From Macrostomum hystrix (lineage: Eukaryota; Animalia; Platyhelminthes): a stretch of 64,000 nucleotides of DNA. Shown here piece by piece: positions 58,411-64,000 of this stretch. The notes beneath the pieces were generated by a model. The model had not been told where the DNA came from, searched no databases, and was given only the letters and a program-made list of their open reading frames with translations. A program made the position numbers and the translations under genes. How positions within the stretch are numbered: position 1 is the first letter of the stretch; each line of letters opens with the position of its first letter. The stretch spans positions 9,610,001-9,674,000 of the forward strand of contig CATNEN010000007.1 of the NCBI GenBank assembly GCA_950097015.1, read 5' to 3'.

Positions 58411-59404
58411 TACATACAATGCAAGTTTTTATCAAATGGGATATGCTAGCTCTTATGATCTTATTTGAACACATCTAAAACAAAATCGGGAAAGAAACTT
58501 TCCAACATACTCCTCAATTCGATGTTTTTAATACCTATCCAGAAAAACGAAGCTTGGCGATGCGCCAATGCTTTAATTGTTAAGCGTAGAAAGACCACAT
58601 GGGTATTTCAATAGCACTTTATTTCTTTTTTTGTATATCCTAAAATATACAGAAATATTCAACTAATCACCATGAAAATTCAGAGCACGGGCTAAACAAT
58701 TTTCATATCCTCGAGAGGGCTGCTCTATCCGATGAAACAACTTCCAGAATCACAAAAAATTTTGATCTTCGAAAACCTGTCATTCTGTTTGGGAGCTATC
58801 GTGTAGGCAGTGGGTATAGACAAATTTCAAGTTCAAGACACATAGCGTTGTCTTTCTACAGTAAAAGAAGTGAAAGCTATCTATTCGTATATTTAATTTT
58901 TTGTGAACCAGTTAATTACTTTAGTCCTTTCCATTTAGCAGACTCAAAATGCTGGGCCAATGAAATTTTCTCACACAGAATTTTCTTTTTTTCATGCGAG
59001 TCAATTCGATTACAATTCCCGTAATTCACCAAATCAATGCGATTAGTTTCTGAAAATATATTTAGCACTCCACCGTGGAAGTGTTGAAACTCCACTCCCG
59101 CGAAGACTGAATGCATGCAATCAGGTGCTATAATTAAGTCTCCCCATTTCCTGGAGAGCAATTTTCGTAATTAATTTTCGCTTTGAACTCGGGGGGGATT
59201 CAACTGCTGAGAGGCACCAGCAGGAATCGGTGGAGCTCTCCAGGCAAGCGCCTGTTTTGTTTAGGCTTTGTTGTCCATGGCAACAGCCGGCAGTGGATAA
59301 ATGCGAGCGCAGCGGGGTCCGACAAGACTTTGCCGGCATTCATCGCTTCCTATTTGGAATTTCTCCATCTCGAGAAATAATTGCGACTCTAACAGGGACG
59401 CAGC

Positions 59405-62400
59405 ATGTCTACAGGTCTGTGGACTGCCTTATGTCTCATCCATGCCATGAGTTCGATTGATAGCTGCAGTGCCCAAAGCATTGGTGAGTGGCCGAGCAAA
59501 TTTTCATGGGTTTTTGTGTTTTTTTTGCCATTGCCAGAAATCAGCAGGCACCAAATGCCTCTTTATAGAGGGGGTTGAGCACTCCGCTGGCTGCTAACTA
59601 GCTTGCCTCGAGCTGCGCGTGTGTGCTCACCATTGTCTGAGTCGTGTGAAAATTGAAAGATGCATTGTTTCGACATTCTTCTACGATTTATATTATCTAC
59701 ATCAGAAGGCAAAATAGTACTTCTATTGTGCTCTTAAATTCCTTCTACGCTCGAAATTAGAATATTTTTACATATGTGAATAGACCGTCGCAGACAATAA
59801 ATAATAAAAAAGAAGAACGAATTCAGTCGGTAGAATTGTTGTAAAGTCGACAATTCTGGCATGCCAAAACTTTAAGCTCTTCTAGCTCAAACTGTGGCCT
59901 TGAATTTCGTAGCACTCGAACTCTGTACAACAAAATTTCGGTCGTCAACAAGCCACGGCGCCATGATCTGGGCTTTCTACCGTATCTGCGTAGGTTTTAT
60001 CTACGTAAAATAGCAACTAATTTCGCGTGAATCTGACTTCAGGCTCCCTGCAGCTGTCCAGACTCAGTCAGAATCCTGCTGGCCTGGGCCGGTATTTGCC
60101 CCTGGCCTGGGCGGACATCTCACAGTGCGCGGACAACCAGGGCCTGCCGTCCCTCAGCTTCAGCGCCGTCCCGGGTGGTCCGATCGCTCAGGGTGCGAAC
60201 TTGATAGCCAGCCCGTTCTTTGCGCGCGTGTACTTCCCATTCGACTTCACCGTCACCGGGTTCCGCGTATTCGGCAATTCAACCCGGTCCACCGACTACG
60301 GCCGAGTGACCAGTTTTTATGTGGGCTACTCAGCCAGCAAGTCCTTGCTGCTCAGTCCTAGTCAAGTTGAATATCCTCAGCCCAAGGCGAGCTCATAAAA
60401 CTAAATTCGACTTTAATGTATCCCAATATAAGCAGTAATACACCTGTTGCTTTCACTTTTAGAAGATGTACAGCATTACCTACGCGAACGCTTGGACCCC
60501 GGCTGATGTTGCAATTGACAGCCCGATAGAGACCCAGGTAATCCATTTTGAGCCAGTCATTATTTCCGGAATGTCGCGGATACTACAGCTGGATGTCATT
60601 GGCTACCTGAATCCTGACGGTAAGTAGCTTGAGCGTATGAGAGAAATCCCTAATTGAGGACTACTTAATTTAGTAGACTTAACAACAGCAACAAAAAGCA
60701 AAAAAGCAACATTCAACAACAACAACAACAAGATGGGCAAACAATAGTCGCAATTAGCAGCGTCAATTGGGGGTGGGCTTAGGTGACTTCATTAAACAAA
60801 ATACGAGCTCGTACTATACTTAAGCTAACTACTGTTGGACATTGTCACGATTAATACACCTATGCATTCAGCTGGCGAAATAAAAGTACTCGTAATTATC
60901 ATTTGCAGGTTGTCCGCTCATACCAGCCAGTGAATATTCCGTAATAATCTCCAAGTCATCAGCTGAGACTACCTTAACGGTGGTCTTCTCCCGGATATAC
61001 CATTTGACCAGCTTTGCACTGCAAGGCCTGTCAGCTGACAGCAGCTTCTGGATGTCCTACAAGCTGCTGGCCGGTCTCTCTGTGAACCTCACGCATTCAT
61101 GGAACAGCTCTCTGTGGCAGGTGCGCCAATTAGCTGCCTGTTTTCGAACTCGAAGGTTAACAGACTGTTTTTATCAATCACAGGCTCGCAGGTGTTTCGC
61201 TATATTAATGAAGGCGCTGGCACAGATAAAATGCTTATTCGCGAATTCTCAGTTCTAAAGCATTACAGCTAACGATAACCCTCGAAATTCTGACTGTGAC
61301 TCTCCTGACTCTGAATCGCCAGTTTCCTGTGACTTTCCCGGATGAGAAATTCATCATGCCGTTTGTGCTGGCGCCGCTGGAGATTCAGCTTCATCTTGGG
61401 GCTTCTTCGCTCGTCAGCTCGCTTGATTCGGTCCGTGGCTGCCCTGCCAATTGTGAGTTTGGCCAATGAAACAATCTTAAACGTAGAATGCAGAATCTGA
61501 GCTCATGATTCACAGTAGTCTGTGCATTTTCAGCTTGTCCACCTGGCTGGACTGCCTCAGCCACCGTCTGCTGGCGCAGGGAGGAAGCCAGGATGAGCTG
61601 GGCGGCTGCCAACCAGTATTGCTCGGTGCAGAGCTGGGGCGGAGTTGCTGGGAGCCTGCTCGATGCAAAGACAGTGCTGGAGAGAAACCTGTACATCACC
61701 GTGTGAGTTTCCCTCTGGTTTACCGGCTAAGCATGGAAAATGTAACTCTGGCACGTAATAGCAGGTGCACAAATTTGAATCGAATGTGACTGTTTGTCTT
61801 AATGTTTAGTTGGCATCTACAGTGACATTAATTTGGGGCGCAGCCATGGATAGAAGTTTTGTAGACTTCAGTGCAATTTATGCCAAATGCCCTGAGGCAA
61901 TATTGGCTTTCTATCTTACTTCAGTTTATCAGGGGCACGGCCCATCCGCAGTTAGTGACTTCAGTTCTCTAAAGAAATTATTCACTTCGACAGTTACCTA
62001 AAAATGTGAATCAAGAAAGCTCCAACTGGAGTTTAAGATAAGAAAGACATAATAAGTCTGACGGTGGCACAATGACCTCACATAAGCTGCTGCAAGACTC
62101 TGCATGACTCCTGCATGACTCAGTAGAAACCAATGGCCACTGTAGTATAACTACGCTATACAACTGCTATAGTAAAGTGGTCCTTGATAGAAACTCGAAT
62201 TTCATGAGCGCGGTGAGGCCACACTAAAATGGCCTCACTAAAATGAGAGCTCACTAAAATCCCGACCTTAAGGCAAAGCCATTCCGAGAGGCACAAGTGA
62301 TGTCTTGCATATTCGTGTACCTTTGTGTACTCAGGGGCTTGTGTACACAGGTGCGGTTCAACTGTCGCAGTTCCTGCTACCATTTTGTTTTAGTCAACAC

Positions 62401-64000
62401 GACCAGTGATGTTTATTTTTACAGTAAAACACGATTGTTTTTAGTTAGTTGGCAAATGTTGTAGGACTCTCGATTCAACACTTGGCCCTTTCCTGATTGG
62501 CCTGAGGAGAAATTCCACCAACCAATGGGAGTGGAGCGATGGCAGCGAGCCCGAGGCGGGCACTTTCTACATGGGCCGGCCGCCTCCGAACTGCGCAGCC
62601 CTGGATGCCAACTTGGCGCTGGTGATCGACGTTGACTGCTCGCAGCAGCTGCAGTTCGTGTGCCAGCTGACCAAGTACTCCGGTAATGCACTGGCTTTCT
62701 CACTGACCATTCGTGCTTTGAAGTGCTGTCGCACCAGCACTAATCGCACTTTCGTTTGAGCATTCTTCCTGAATTTATCTTCGTGTTCATGTGCATTTTC
62801 TTCCTCCAGGGTACTCAGGCTCGTCAGACAAGCTGATGCTGGTGCAGAGGAAATACTGCGTTCTTGCTGCTTACAGGACAGGCCCATTGATCCCATACCA
62901 AAGAGCATTGCGGCTGTTAGATATGGATAATTCCTCAACAAACCAGTTTACAACCACTGACAGCCGCTCGGGAGCCTACATAATGTATTATTCAGCAGGA
63001 TCCTGCAACTCTTTGAGTCCGCTTGGTCAAGCTGTTGTCTACCTGTTCTCATTTAGCAAGTGTAAGTAGGCAGCCTATAGGCCTTGTTCTTTCCTAATTC
63101 AAGCTTTTCTGACACTGACATTGTACCATGAGACAGCAAAGCCAAAGCCTATAGGCCTTGTTCTTTCCTAATTCAACAAGCTTTTCTGACACTGACACAG
63201 TGTACCATGAGACAGCAAAGCCAAAGCCTATAGGCCTTGTTCTTTCCTAATTCAACAAGCTTTTCTGACACTGACAGTGTACCATGAGACAGCAAAGCCA
63301 AAGCCTATAGGCCTTGTTCTTTCCTAATTCAACAAGCTTTTCTGACACTGACACAGTGTACCATGAGACAGCAAAGCCAAAGCCTATAGGCCTTGTTCTT
63401 TCCTAATTCAACAAGCTTTTCTGACACTGACACAGTGTACCATGAGACAGCAAAGCCAAAGCCTATAGGCCTTGTTCTTTCCTAATTCAACAAGCTTTTC
63501 TGACACTGACACAGTGTACCATGAGACAGCAAAGCCAAAGCCTATAGGCCTTGTTCTTTCCTAATTCAACAAGCTTTTCTGACACTGACACAGTGTACCA
63601 TGAGACAGCAAAGCCAAAGCAAATGACGTCTCTTTCACTGCAGCCTGCATGAAGCCGCTGCTGAAAGGCATACCTGGAGAGGTGAGCGTCAACCTGCAGG
63701 CGTCCAGCAGCCACTACAGGCGACATGTGAATTATTCTGCGGCCGGCTCTGTCGGCAGCTATGCGGGTGAGCCAATCTCCTGGGCTGACTCAGGCTGGCT
63801 CCATGAGAAATTAGCACCTGAATTATCGCATTTCAGATCACAACAAGTGCGTAGTGGTCCCTGGCGACTATCAGTACTACGACTACGAAATCGGAATGGC
63901 AGAAAATGGTCGACTTTGCGAAGCACAGAGCGTTTGTGGCGGCTACATTCCAGCAGGGTACCAGCCGAACAGCCAGTGCGCCTCCAGTAGGTCACAGTTT
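59405..64000 (+). CDS. Secreted or cell-surface multidomain protein with discoidin (F5/8 type C)-like and C-type lectin domains, 3'-incomplete; exons 59405-59483, 60043-60386, 60463-60619, 60909-61120, 61323-61452, 61534-61702, 62465-62682, 62810-63061, 63644 onward
   Basis: Signal-peptide-like MSTGLWTALCLIHAMSSIDSCSA. F5/8C-like VTGFRVFG...VTSFYVGYS...PIETQVIHFEP...LQLDVIG. C-type lectin CPPGW...CW...MSWAAANQYC...FLIGL...WEWSDGS...NCAAL...DCSQQLQFVCQ. Another F5/8C-like start, CMKPL...LQASSS. Exon phases are mutually consistent. Confidence 0.8.
63072..63620. repeat. 79-bp minisatellite (about 7 copies) in an intron of the lectin-domain gene
   Basis: Unit begins GCCTATAGGCCTTGTTCTTTCCTAATTC, with starts at 63147, 63226, 63303, 63382, 63461 and 63540. 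Confidence 0.97.

Overview
Eukaryotic (animal) genomic DNA. GC-rich spliced exons and introns crowded with short tandem repeats suggest a flatworm of the Macrostomum type; this is an inference and was not checked. Nine protein-coding genes can be reconstructed by hand: a BarH/Barhl homeobox gene (-), serine hydroxymethyltransferase (+), an intronless ubiquitin-like ORF (-), a co-oriented trio of Rab escort protein / GSTCD / TMEM126-like (+), an Mnx/HB9 homeobox gene (+), a Polycomb-group RING finger gene (-), and the 5' part of a secreted F5/8C + C-type lectin multidomain gene (+). The 14.4 kb block 19182-33632 is a head-to-tail chain of non-autonomous Helitrons (minus strand; 5'-TC, 3' hairpin + CTAG, exact CTAG|TC junctions). 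Two of its units carry independently expanded 18-bp and 23-bp satellite arrays. Other signals: about seven RFX X-box-like motifs inside the 5' ORF of GSTCD; two genes with no usable in-frame ATG after a phase-0 splice acceptor (candidates for a spliced-leader-donated AUG); two tRNA-derived SINE families; and many intronic minisatellites. All gene models and family calls come from manual reading and recalled motifs, not database searches.
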